Assembly: GCA_048941015.1 (NCBI GenBank)
Contig: JBHLNZ010000064.1
Location: forward strand, 1 to 17,838
Source of the DNA: Promethearchaeota archaeon
Lineage (GTDB): Archaea; Asgardarchaeota; Lokiarchaeia; Sigyniarchaeales; SOKP01
Reading direction: 5' to 3'
DNA length: 17,838 nt
Below are positions 1 to 7,545 of the stretch, piece after piece. Made by a program: the position numbers and the translations under genes. Position 1 is the stretch's first letter; each line of letters opens with the position of its first letter. A model generated the notes under the pieces. It was not told the DNA's origin. It was given only the letters and a program-made list of their open reading frames with translations, and made no database searches.

Positions 1-184
1 GGAAGCTACTGCTGTAGGTAACATTTTAATCCAAGCTCTTGCTCTGGGAGAAATCGAAAATATTAAGGAATTGAGATCTATTGTTCAAAAATCTTTTCAA
101 TTAAGGGAGTACCTTCCAGAAAAAGTTAAAAAATGGAATGAAGCATATAATCTTTTTTTAGAAAAAACTTCAAAAAGTATCTAA
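1..184 (+). CDS. 3' end of FGGY-family carbohydrate kinase (rhamnulokinase-like), partial
   Basis: Frame starting at base 2 reads EATAVGNILIQALALGEIENIKELRSIVQKSFQLREYLP...SKSI, stop TAA at 182-184. The EATAxGNxxxQxxAxGE motif is typical of rhamnulokinase C-termini. Not in the ORF track because the 5' end is outside the window. Confidence 0.8.
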   Translation, partial: EATAVGNILIQALALGEIENIKELRSIVQKSFQLREYLPEKVKKWNEAYNLFLEKTSKSI

Positions 185-215
185 AAATTATCAAAATAGT
201 AATAAAAAAATCAGA

Positions 216-461
216 TTATTTTTCCCATGCTCTCATTACCATATGGGTATTTGAGGAAGAGATGCCTTTAATCAAATCGATTTTATTCGCAAAAATTTCG
301 AACAATTCCTCTGGAGTATCTACTTCGATTTCTGCTAATATATCATAATCTCCAGTCAAGGACATAACTTTTTTAATCTGAGGAATCTGTTTTAACTCTT
401 CAATTACAGGATTGATTACACTAATTCCTAATTTAAATAAACTAATTGCTTTAATGGTCAT
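216..461 (-). CDS. Stand-alone Lrp/AsnC ligand-binding (RAM) domain protein, no HTH
   Basis: 81 aa with beta-alpha-beta-beta-alpha-beta pattern and the LTGDYDIL motif, then 'IDLIKGISSSNT' (cf. I..I.GV..T.T). No N-terminal helix-turn-helix. Confidence 0.88.
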   Translation of the reverse strand: MTIKAISLFKLGISVINPVIEELKQIPQIKKVMSLTGDYDILAEIEVDTPEELFEIFANKIDLIKGISSSNTHMVMRAWEK

Positions 462-480
462 ATAGAATCATTTATTTATT

Positions 481-1800
481 TTATGTAGGTAATTTTTCTG
501 TTTTGTTAATAAAAAGTATTTCTATATTTTTAATCTCATCAATTGGTCTTAATCTATTATTCACAAGATAATACAAATCTCGAATGGAATTTGTTTTTAC
601 GTTTATGAGTAAATCATATGTTCCAATTAGAGCATATATCGAAGTTATTCCATAATACCTTAAAATTCTAAGAATAGTTGTTTTAATATTTTCGCTTTTA
701 ACATTAATTAAGAGATATGCTTTAACCAAATTTTTTACTTCATGAGCATAACGAAATATAATGGTTATAAGTAACAAGAAGATTAGAATAACTAATAATT
801 CCAATGGAAAAAATTCATTTATTAAAAAAACGGCGAATAAAATAGAGCCTAAAGGGTCGATAAGATTCAATATACTGTTCCATTGACTGTATGTTAAATT
901 TTCTGATTTCCAATTTACATTAGCAGTAAATACAAGAACATAAGGAATGATTGTAGAAAAAATTATCAAATAAATTATTTCCCATCTTCCTCCGATTGTA
1001 AAAAACTCTATTAATTGGTTAAAAAACATAATTGATTCTGTTCTCAATTCTGGAGAAAAAGAGAATGTAGTAGTTATCCATATAAACGGAATCATTGAGA
1101 GGATACCAAGAATAAATGAAACTCCCATTTTTATAAAAAGACGAGGAATTTTATAATACTTATTAACGTTTATATTTTTAGCTTCTTTCTTTGAATATGC
1201 ATCTCTATCGATGCTGATATATAAAAAGGCAGTTGTGATGCTATTTAAAATCAAATAAATAAAACTGCCGAAATTAATCGGATGTCCTTGTAAAATTTGG
1301 CCTAATATTGCGGCATAAAGTAAAATAATTATAGAAAATATAAGCATGATAATGTAAAGGACCTTAAATATATCAAATTTCTCAAAATTTACTCCTTTTT
1401 CATACAACGCAATTAATATAATTGTAAGTAAAGAACTAGCCATAGCAAAGGTTACAGAAGTAGTTTTAAGCATTAAGAAAAAGAAAATGATATGTAAAAC
1501 TATCCCTATAAAGCCTATTAACCAATAGTAAAAAATATTTCTAACATGATAGAATCGCCTATTACGATGAAAAATATTTTTGATTAGTAAACTAATAGAA
1601 ATTTTATGATTTCGAGTAAATTTATTATTATATAGTCCTAGAGTAATTCCTAAGATAAATAAAAAAGTACCAGCCATTAAAAATCTAAGAAAAATTACCA
1701 TTATAATTGAAACTTCTAGAAATAAACCAGATACTACGACTGGAATAAAACTCCATAACAAGTTAGCAATAATAATGTTAAATATAAGTTTATTTCGCAT
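481..1800 (-). CDS. EamA/DMT-like multi-pass membrane protein fused to a C-terminal Lrp/AsnC (RAM) domain
   Basis: About 10 hydrophobic segments. N-terminal 'ANLLWS...IFLRFL' and later 'IIFSTIIPY', 'LNLIDPLGSILFAVFLINE' resemble EamA repeats. The last ~82 aa (VKAYLLINVK...ALIGTYDLLINVK...LRPIDEIKNIE) match the RAM pattern. Confidence 0.8.
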   Translation of the reverse strand: MRNKLIFNIIIANLLWSFIPVVVSGLFLEVSIIMVIFLRFLMAGTFLFILGITLGLYNNKFTRNHKISISLLIKNIFHRNRRFYHVRNIFYYWLIGFIGIVLHIIFFFLMLKTTSVTFAMASSLLTIILIALYEKGVNFEKFDIFKVLYIIMLIFSIIILLYAAILGQILQGHPINFGSFIYLILNSITTAFLYISIDRDAYSKKEAKNINVNKYYKIPRLFIKMGVSFILGILSMIPFIWITTTFSFSPELRTESIMFFNQLIEFFTIGGRWEIIYLIIFSTIIPYVLVFTANVNWKSENLTYSQWNSILNLIDPLGSILFAVFLINEFFPLELLVILIFLLLITIIFRYAHEVKNLVKAYLLINVKSENIKTTILRILRYYGITSIYALIGTYDLLINVKTNSIRDLYYLVNNRLRPIDEIKNIEILFINKTEKLPT

Positions 1801-1996
1801 GAGAAGTTAACACTTTATTTCATAAATCTTAGTTATACTATTCTAGATTTTAAATAAAATGGAAATAATAAATTTTGTCAGTTTAGCTTATTTCAATTAC
1901 CCATTTTATTCCCTAATTATGATTTTAAAGTAAATAATTAAAGTTTCAGTGCATACTATGACTTATAATTAATTTAAAAATTTAATAGGAAAACTT

Positions 1997-3256
1997 ATGC
2001 CAAGTTCTAAAGAATTTATTGAAATGGATCTGGAATATTGTGCTCATAATTATCATCCTATACCTGTAGTTATTTCAAAAGCTAAAGGTGTTTGGGTATA
2101 TGATCCTGAAGGAAACAAGTATCTTGATTGCTTATCTGCCTACTCAAGTCAAAATACAGGACATTGTCATCCTGAAATTATAAAGGCATTAAAAGAGCAA
2201 GCTGATAAAGTAACTCTTACATCTAGAGCGTTTCATAATGATTTAATGGGTCCCTTCTTGAAAAAATTATGTGAAGTTGTTGGTCCTCATGTTAATGACC
2301 CTAATAATTCAGGAATTATGAGTATTCCGATGAATACAGGAACAGAGGCAGTCGAAACAGGACTTAAAGTAGCACGAGCATGGGGGTATATAAAGAAGAA
2401 GATACCAAAGGGAGAAGCTCATATTATCGCTTGTAGAGACAACTTCCATGGCAGATCAATAACAATAGTCGGAATAAGTACAGATATATCCGCTGTTCGA
2501 TATTATGGTAACTTTTCTCCCTATACACCAGGATTCAGTATAATTCCCTACGGAGATTCCAATGAACTTGAAAATATAATTCTGGAAATAGGACCAGAAA
2601 AAATTGCTGGCTTTATCTTTGAACCAATTCAAGGGGAAGCTGGTGTAAAGGTTCCTCCAGAGGGATTTATTAGAAAAGCAAGAGATATTTGTACAAAGTA
2701 TAATGTTCTAATGATTGCAGATGAAATTCAGACTGGTTTTGGAAGAACGGGCGCATTATTTGCATGTGATCATGAAGATGCAAAACCAGATATGCTTCTA
2801 CTTGGTAAAGCGCTTGGTGGAGGGGTATATCCTGTTTCAGCTGTTGTTACAAATAGAGAGGTTATTGGACCAGATGTAATAAAACCTGGGACTCATGGTA
2901 GTACCTTTGGAGGAAATCCTCTTGCTTCAGCAGTTGCCATGAAGTCATTAGATATCCATATAGATGACCATCTTGCGGAAAGAGCTAAAGAATTTGGAGC
3001 TTACTTTATGAATGGCCTTAAAAAAATCGCAGAAAAAGAAACAATTGTCCCAATAAAGGAAGTTCGAGGTAAAGGTTTGTTAATGGCAATTGAATTTGAA
3101 ACAGATGCTAGGCATATTGTTGAAATGCTAAAAGATAATGGTATTTTAGCTAAAGACACACACTCAACAACTATTAGATTCGCGCCACCCTTAATCGTTA
3201 CAAAAGATGAAATTGATTGGGCATTGAAGATTATTGAAAAAGTTCTTGTAAAGTAA
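1997..3256 (+). CDS. rocD: Ornithine--oxo-acid aminotransferase (class III PLP)
   Basis: AHNYHPIPVV, YLDCLSAYS, LTLTSRAF-like 'VTLTSRAFHND', EPIQGEAG, DEIQTGFGRTG, LGKALGGG (PLP Lys), PGTHGSTFGGNPL, LAKDTH..IRFAPPL. Confidence 0.95.
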   Translation: MPSSKEFIEMDLEYCAHNYHPIPVVISKAKGVWVYDPEGNKYLDCLSAYSSQNTGHCHPEIIKALKEQADKVTLTSRAFHNDLMGPFLKKLCEVVGPHVNDPNNSGIMSIPMNTGTEAVETGLKVARAWGYIKKKIPKGEAHIIACRDNFHGRSITIVGISTDISAVRYYGNFSPYTPGFSIIPYGDSNELENIILEIGPEKIAGFIFEPIQGEAGVKVPPEGFIRKARDICTKYNVLMIADEIQTGFGRTGALFACDHEDAKPDMLLLGKALGGGVYPVSAVVTNREVIGPDVIKPGTHGSTFGGNPLASAVAMKSLDIHIDDHLAERAKEFGAYFMNGLKKIAEKETIVPIKEVRGKGLLMAIEFETDARHIVEMLKDNGILAKDTHSTTIRFAPPLIVTKDEIDWALKIIEKVLVK

Positions 3257-3266
3257 GCAAATAAAT

Positions 3267-4184
3267 CTATTCCTTATTAATATAGAAGTGGGTACCTGCT
3301 TTTCCTTCTAATGCTTCTTTAATTTTTTCTATTGATGTTATAATTGCTTGCTCTCCACCCGCTTCAAGAAAGTTAATAACAGCTTCTACTTTTGGTTGCA
3401 TACTCCCAGCTGGAAAGTGGCCCTCCTTCAAATAGTTTTTAGCTTCTGATATCGAAATTCTATCTAGAGTTTTTTGATTTTGTTTTCCGTAATTGAGAGC
3501 AACCTTCTCGACATCAGTTGCTATTAATAAGATGTCTGCTCCAATTTGTTCTCCTAATTTAGAGCTAGCGAGATCTTTATCTATTACTGCTTCTACTCCA
3601 GATAATTGTTTCCCTTCTTTAATGACAGGTATACCCCCACCTCCGCAAGCGATAACTATCCAGCTCCCAAATTCCATTAGCTTTTTTATTTCACGCCATT
3701 GGTAGATTTTCTTAGGTTTAGGTGAAGGAACTACTCTACGCCATCCCTTAGCTGTTTCAACATATCCAGGTTTAGGTTTAGGATATGCTGGACCTATTGG
3801 TTTTGTTGGATTGTGAAAAGCTGGATCTTGAGGATCAACTTTTACATAGGTAAGAACAGTAAGAAAAAGCTTCTCCTCATCAAGCCCTATTCTCATTAAC
3901 TCTTCATCTAAAGTTGATTCAATCATATAACCGATTTGACCTTGAGTTTCAGCCACTAAAACCTGTAATGGTCTTTTTGAAACTTCAGCTGTAGCCTCTT
4001 GTTGCATAAGAAGCATCCCTACTTGAGGACCATTTCCATGGGTTATTACAATATTAAAATCTCGAGAGAGTTCTGCAATTTGGCTCAAGGGGACTTTTAA
4101 ATTTCTAAATTGTTCTTCTGTAGTTCCTTCTTCTCCAAATTTGATTAACGCATTTCCTCCGAGCGCAACAATTAAAGTTTTCAT
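3267..4184 (-). CDS. arcC: Carbamate kinase
   Basis: VALGGNAL, THGNGPQVG, ETQGQIGY, NPTKPIGP, WRRVVPSP, GGGGIPV, EAVIDKD, FPAGSMQPKVEA. Confidence 0.97.
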   Translation of the reverse strand: MKTLIVALGGNALIKFGEEGTTEEQFRNLKVPLSQIAELSRDFNIVITHGNGPQVGMLLMQQEATAEVSKRPLQVLVAETQGQIGYMIESTLDEELMRIGLDEEKLFLTVLTYVKVDPQDPAFHNPTKPIGPAYPKPKPGYVETAKGWRRVVPSPKPKKIYQWREIKKLMEFGSWIVIACGGGGIPVIKEGKQLSGVEAVIDKDLASSKLGEQIGADILLIATDVEKVALNYGKQNQKTLDRISISEAKNYLKEGHFPAGSMQPKVEAVINFLEAGGEQAIITSIEKIKEALEGKAGTHFYINKE

Positions 4185-4236
4185 TAAGCAATTCCTACAA
4201 ATTAGTCTAAATAAAAAATAATAATATTCTGCTTCT

Positions 4237-4253
4237 TATTTAAAATTTTTCTC
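4237..4253 (-). promoter_or_regulatory. Putative archaeal BRE-TATA promoter of arcC
   Basis: Minus strand reads GAGAAAAATTTTAAATA, about 52 nt upstream of the arcC ATG. AT-rich background lowers specificity. Confidence 0.4.
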
Positions 4254-4321
4254 ATAAAAAGAGCATTTTTAAATTTTTATTCTTATTTTAACCTAAAAAA
4301 AAGAATATCGAGTTTAAAATA

Positions 4322-5821
4322 CTATTTTTTAATATCTTTTATAACTAAACTTGATGCTATATTTTTAAAATTCTCTACGATTTCTTCATAATTTTCATCA
4401 TATTTAAACCACCAGAGATCCGGCTCTTTGTATTGATCGATATTGATATGTATTGGTCTTGTTACTTCAAGAAACCCAAATTTGCCGTGTGTTCTGCCTA
4501 TACCTGAGTTTTTTACACCTCCCCATGGAGTAGCTGCAAGCGCAAAAGTATACACTACTTCATTTATCATTACTGAACCCGTTTCTAATTCCTCAGCGAT
4601 CTTTTGACCAAATTCAATGTTATTTGTCCATACACTCGATGTTAATCCATATTGATTGCTATTGACCATCTCAATTACTTCTTCCTCAGTAGTAAATTTC
4701 AAGACAACTAGTACGGGACCAAATATCTCTTCCTGAACAACTCGCATATTGTTATCATTCACTTCTAGGATGGTAGGTTCATAAAAATAGCCATTATAAT
4801 TAGGATTTCTTCTTCCCCCGATTAAAACCTTTGCCCCTTCTTCAATACCCACTTTAACCATTTTATCCACCCAATTTAGTTGTTCTTCATTGATCATCGC
4901 GCCAACATCGATATTCGGTTCTGTAGGAATACCTTGCTTTAGCTTTTCGGTCAATTCGACCAACTTTTGTAGGAAATCTTTGTAAATCTCTTCATGGATA
5001 TATAATCGTTTAACAGATGCACATACTTGACCCGAGTTTGTAAAAGCACCCCATCGAGCTGCTAAAACTGCTCGTTCAAGATTTGCATCAGGAAATATTA
5101 TCATCGCAGATTTACCTCCAAGTTCAAGTGCTACTTCGGTAAGGGTATCAGCTCCGCGCTGCATTATTCTTTTTCCTGTTGCTGTGCTACCAGTAAAAAT
5201 TACTTTATCGGCATTATCAATTAGGGGATTTCCAATCTTGGAACCACTTCCAAATACCGTTTGAACCAAATTTTTTGGTAAATCGATAGCATCAAAGATT
5301 TCTTGAATTTTTTGTCCAACAAGCACTGTTTCTGATGAAGGCTTAAATATTACACTATTTCCCGCCATTAAGCTTTGTACAATCTGTTGAAATGGTATCG
5401 TAAATGGATAATTATAAGGGCCTATAACACATACCACTCCAATTGGTTTTCTCAAAATAATACTCCGTTTATCCAATGATTCATAAAAACCTAATGGAAT
5501 GGTTTCCTCTCTTCCCAGAATATCAATTACATTCGAATAATAATAAAAGGTGGAGTCCATAACACCATATACTTCGTTCACAAAAGCTTCTGACGGAGGT
5601 TTACCTACTTCCTTAGAAATTAATAATGAAATCTCATCAAATTGTTTTGAGATTATCTCATTCACTTTAACTACTCGTCTTACCCTTTCCTCAAGGGAAA
5701 TCTTAGCCCACTTTTTTTGAGCAAGACGAGCATCATTAAATATCTTATCAATGCTTTCTACTGGTGTTTCTTCCACTTCTCCATTTAACTCTAGAGTAGC
5801 GGGATTTATACTTTTAATCAT
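4322..5821 (-). CDS. NAD(P)-dependent aldehyde dehydrogenase (not canonical RocA/PutA-type; substrate uncertain)
   Basis: PYNYPF, GNSVIFKPS, FTGSTATGK, catalytic Glu in LELGGKS, catalytic Cys in NSGQVCAS, EEIFGPV, PWGGVKNSGIGR. Confidence 0.93.
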   Translation of the reverse strand: MIKSINPATLELNGEVEETPVESIDKIFNDARLAQKKWAKISLEERVRRVVKVNEIISKQFDEISLLISKEVGKPPSEAFVNEVYGVMDSTFYYYSNVIDILGREETIPLGFYESLDKRSIILRKPIGVVCVIGPYNYPFTIPFQQIVQSLMAGNSVIFKPSSETVLVGQKIQEIFDAIDLPKNLVQTVFGSGSKIGNPLIDNADKVIFTGSTATGKRIMQRGADTLTEVALELGGKSAMIIFPDANLERAVLAARWGAFTNSGQVCASVKRLYIHEEIYKDFLQKLVELTEKLKQGIPTEPNIDVGAMINEEQLNWVDKMVKVGIEEGAKVLIGGRRNPNYNGYFYEPTILEVNDNNMRVVQEEIFGPVLVVLKFTTEEEVIEMVNSNQYGLTSSVWTNNIEFGQKIAEELETGSVMINEVVYTFALAATPWGGVKNSGIGRTHGKFGFLEVTRPIHINIDQYKEPDLWWFKYDENYEEIVENFKNIASSLVIKDIKK

Positions 5822-5843
5822 TAATTTAACACGATTATAAAAC

Positions 5844-5859
5844 TATTTAAACATTTTTT
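5844..5859 (-). promoter_or_regulatory. Putative BRE-TATA promoter for a leaderless ALDH transcript
   Basis: Minus strand AAAAAATGTTTAAATA with the TATA ending about 22 nt before the ATG at 5821, the spacing expected for leaderless archaeal mRNA. Confidence 0.45.
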
Positions 5860-5955
5860 ACATGATTTATAATACAATTTTTTTAAATATGAGATTCACT
5901 TCAATTAAAAAGATGCTTTTTTGATGTCAGTGGAAGTATTAGTTGGAAAATTATT

Positions 5956-7521
5956 CTAAGAATTTTTCTTTTTATTTTTTTTTCTCTTTGCTTTTTCTTT
6001 CGGTTTCTCATATTCCTTAATAGGTTTTAAATAATCAATAGGTCTATCGCATACCCAACAAACATTTTCTAAGTTAGTTATTGCTCGAGCGCAATTTTCA
6101 CAATAAATAGTTCCACACTGACATATGTATGAGAATCTTAACACTTCACCCCGACATACTAAACAAATTTTAGTTTCTTTTGTAATAGCCACTTTCTCAT
6201 CTCTAACATAAAAAGTTAATATAGTAGGATTTCGAATCATTCCCTCAATTTGTTCATGCAAACGAGCTAACACAACACGATCAGCCATGGGTGCATCTTC
6301 TTCCTTTAATTTTTTCCATAAATGTTCATTTTTGAGTAAATCTTCATTTTCCTTAAAAATTTTTGTGGCCAATTTACTAGGGCCAAATCTATTCGCTACT
6401 TGTTGAGCTTGAATTAAGAAGCGTTTGGCCTTCTTTATGTTAAATGTTAAAAGATGTAATTTTCCTTGTAAGAGATATGTTTCGGCAGCAAAATAGTAAG
6501 TAAAAAAAGTTCCTGGTTGTTCAGCAAAGTTTAATAACATTCTAATATATGGATTTATCTCGTTTATTATATCTGTATCATTAGTTATACTTAATTCGGT
6601 AAGGAGTAGACTACAAAGATTTATTATAGCTTTGATATTGAAAGAAGGAGCGAAAGGAAGACGTTTCTTAACCATTTGTTTAAATAATTCTTCTGCTTTA
6701 ATTCGATCCCTTGCTCTCAAACTCGTTTTCAATATTAAAGCTTCATAATATTGATATATTAAATTTTTATATTTATTTTGATCTTTTTCTCTTAATTCAC
6801 TCATCTCTTGGAAATAAAATTTTGCATTAAGAACATCACCTTTAACAAGAAAAATTTCAATCAAAAGTCCCAGTAATATTAATAAATAAGGGGGATAATT
6901 AACTTCTATAGCACGTTTTGCATAGTATATAGCTTTATCATAATCTCCTAAAGCTTGATAATCTTCAGCAAGATTTAGAAGACAGGGAACTATCAAGCCT
7001 TTATCATCACTATCTTTTGCCAGTTCTAAAGCTTTTTGATTCCCATTAAGACCAAGACGAGGTCCTCCCGTAAGTGCTATACTAAGAGTATCTATTCTTA
7101 CCATGAAAGATTCTCTTTCTCTGAGATCTGTTTTTGATACTCTTTTAAGGTTCTCAAGCACTTTTTTTGCTTGTTTTAGTATAGTGTTAGCTCGAGTTAA
7201 ATCCCCTATCATTACAAGAGAATGTGCTTGAATCAACAAACCATCTAAATATGAAAATGAATCGCTCTGTTTTTGACTTTCTTCTAATACTTGGTTAACA
7301 TATTTTACAGCTTTTAAATATTCTGAAGATCTGTCAAAAATCATTGCTTTTAAAAGTTTAGAATAGAGTAAATCTTGAGAAGAATAGTCATCTCTTTTTT
7401 CTAATTCTAAAACAATTTGAGAGGCTTCCTTAATATATCCTTCTTCGATAAGTTGTTTTGCGTGGATCAATTCTTCTGGTAAATTTTTTTTCTCATTTTG
7501 TCTTATTTTTTTAGCTGTCAA
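5956..7521 (-). CDS. TPR-like helical repeat protein with C-terminal C4C4 RING-like zinc finger (paralogue 1)
   Basis: TPR-like segments such as 'LLNLAEDYQALGDYDKAIYYAKRAIE'. Eight Cys in C-x2-C-x10-C-x-C-x4-C-x2-C-x10-C-x2-C at 6049-6165. Lys-rich tail. TTG start preceded by AGGAGG. Confidence 0.85.
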   Translation of the reverse strand: MTAKKIRQNEKKNLPEELIHAKQLIEEGYIKEASQIVLELEKRDDYSSQDLLYSKLLKAMIFDRSSEYLKAVKYVNQVLEESQKQSDSFSYLDGLLIQAHSLVMIGDLTRANTILKQAKKVLENLKRVSKTDLRERESFMVRIDTLSIALTGGPRLGLNGNQKALELAKDSDDKGLIVPCLLNLAEDYQALGDYDKAIYYAKRAIEVNYPPYLLILLGLLIEIFLVKGDVLNAKFYFQEMSELREKDQNKYKNLIYQYYEALILKTSLRARDRIKAEELFKQMVKKRLPFAPSFNIKAIINLCSLLLTELSITNDTDIINEINPYIRMLLNFAEQPGTFFTYYFAAETYLLQGKLHLLTFNIKKAKRFLIQAQQVANRFGPSKLATKIFKENEDLLKNEHLWKKLKEEDAPMADRVVLARLHEQIEGMIRNPTILTFYVRDEKVAITKETKICLVCRGEVLRFSYICQCGTIYCENCARAITNLENVCWVCDRPIDYLKPIKEYEKPKEKAKRKKNKKKNS

Positions 7522-7530
7522 TTATAATAC

Positions 7531-7536
7531 CCTCCT
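7531..7536 (-). promoter_or_regulatory. Shine-Dalgarno site AGGAGG for paralogue 1
   Basis: Minus strand GGTAGGAGGGTATTATAA directly precedes the TTG at 7521. Confidence 0.6.
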
Positions 7537-7545
7537 ACCGATTAT

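Noticed and set aside
3493-3705. 70-aa plus-strand ORF
   Set aside because: Antisense shadow inside the well-supported arcC; no recognisable motif.
4256-5921. Similar AAAAAG-N3/4-TTTTT elements upstream of arcC (4256-4270) and ALDH (5907-5921) as a shared operator
   Set aside because: Low-complexity, inconsistent spacing, expected by chance at this AT content.
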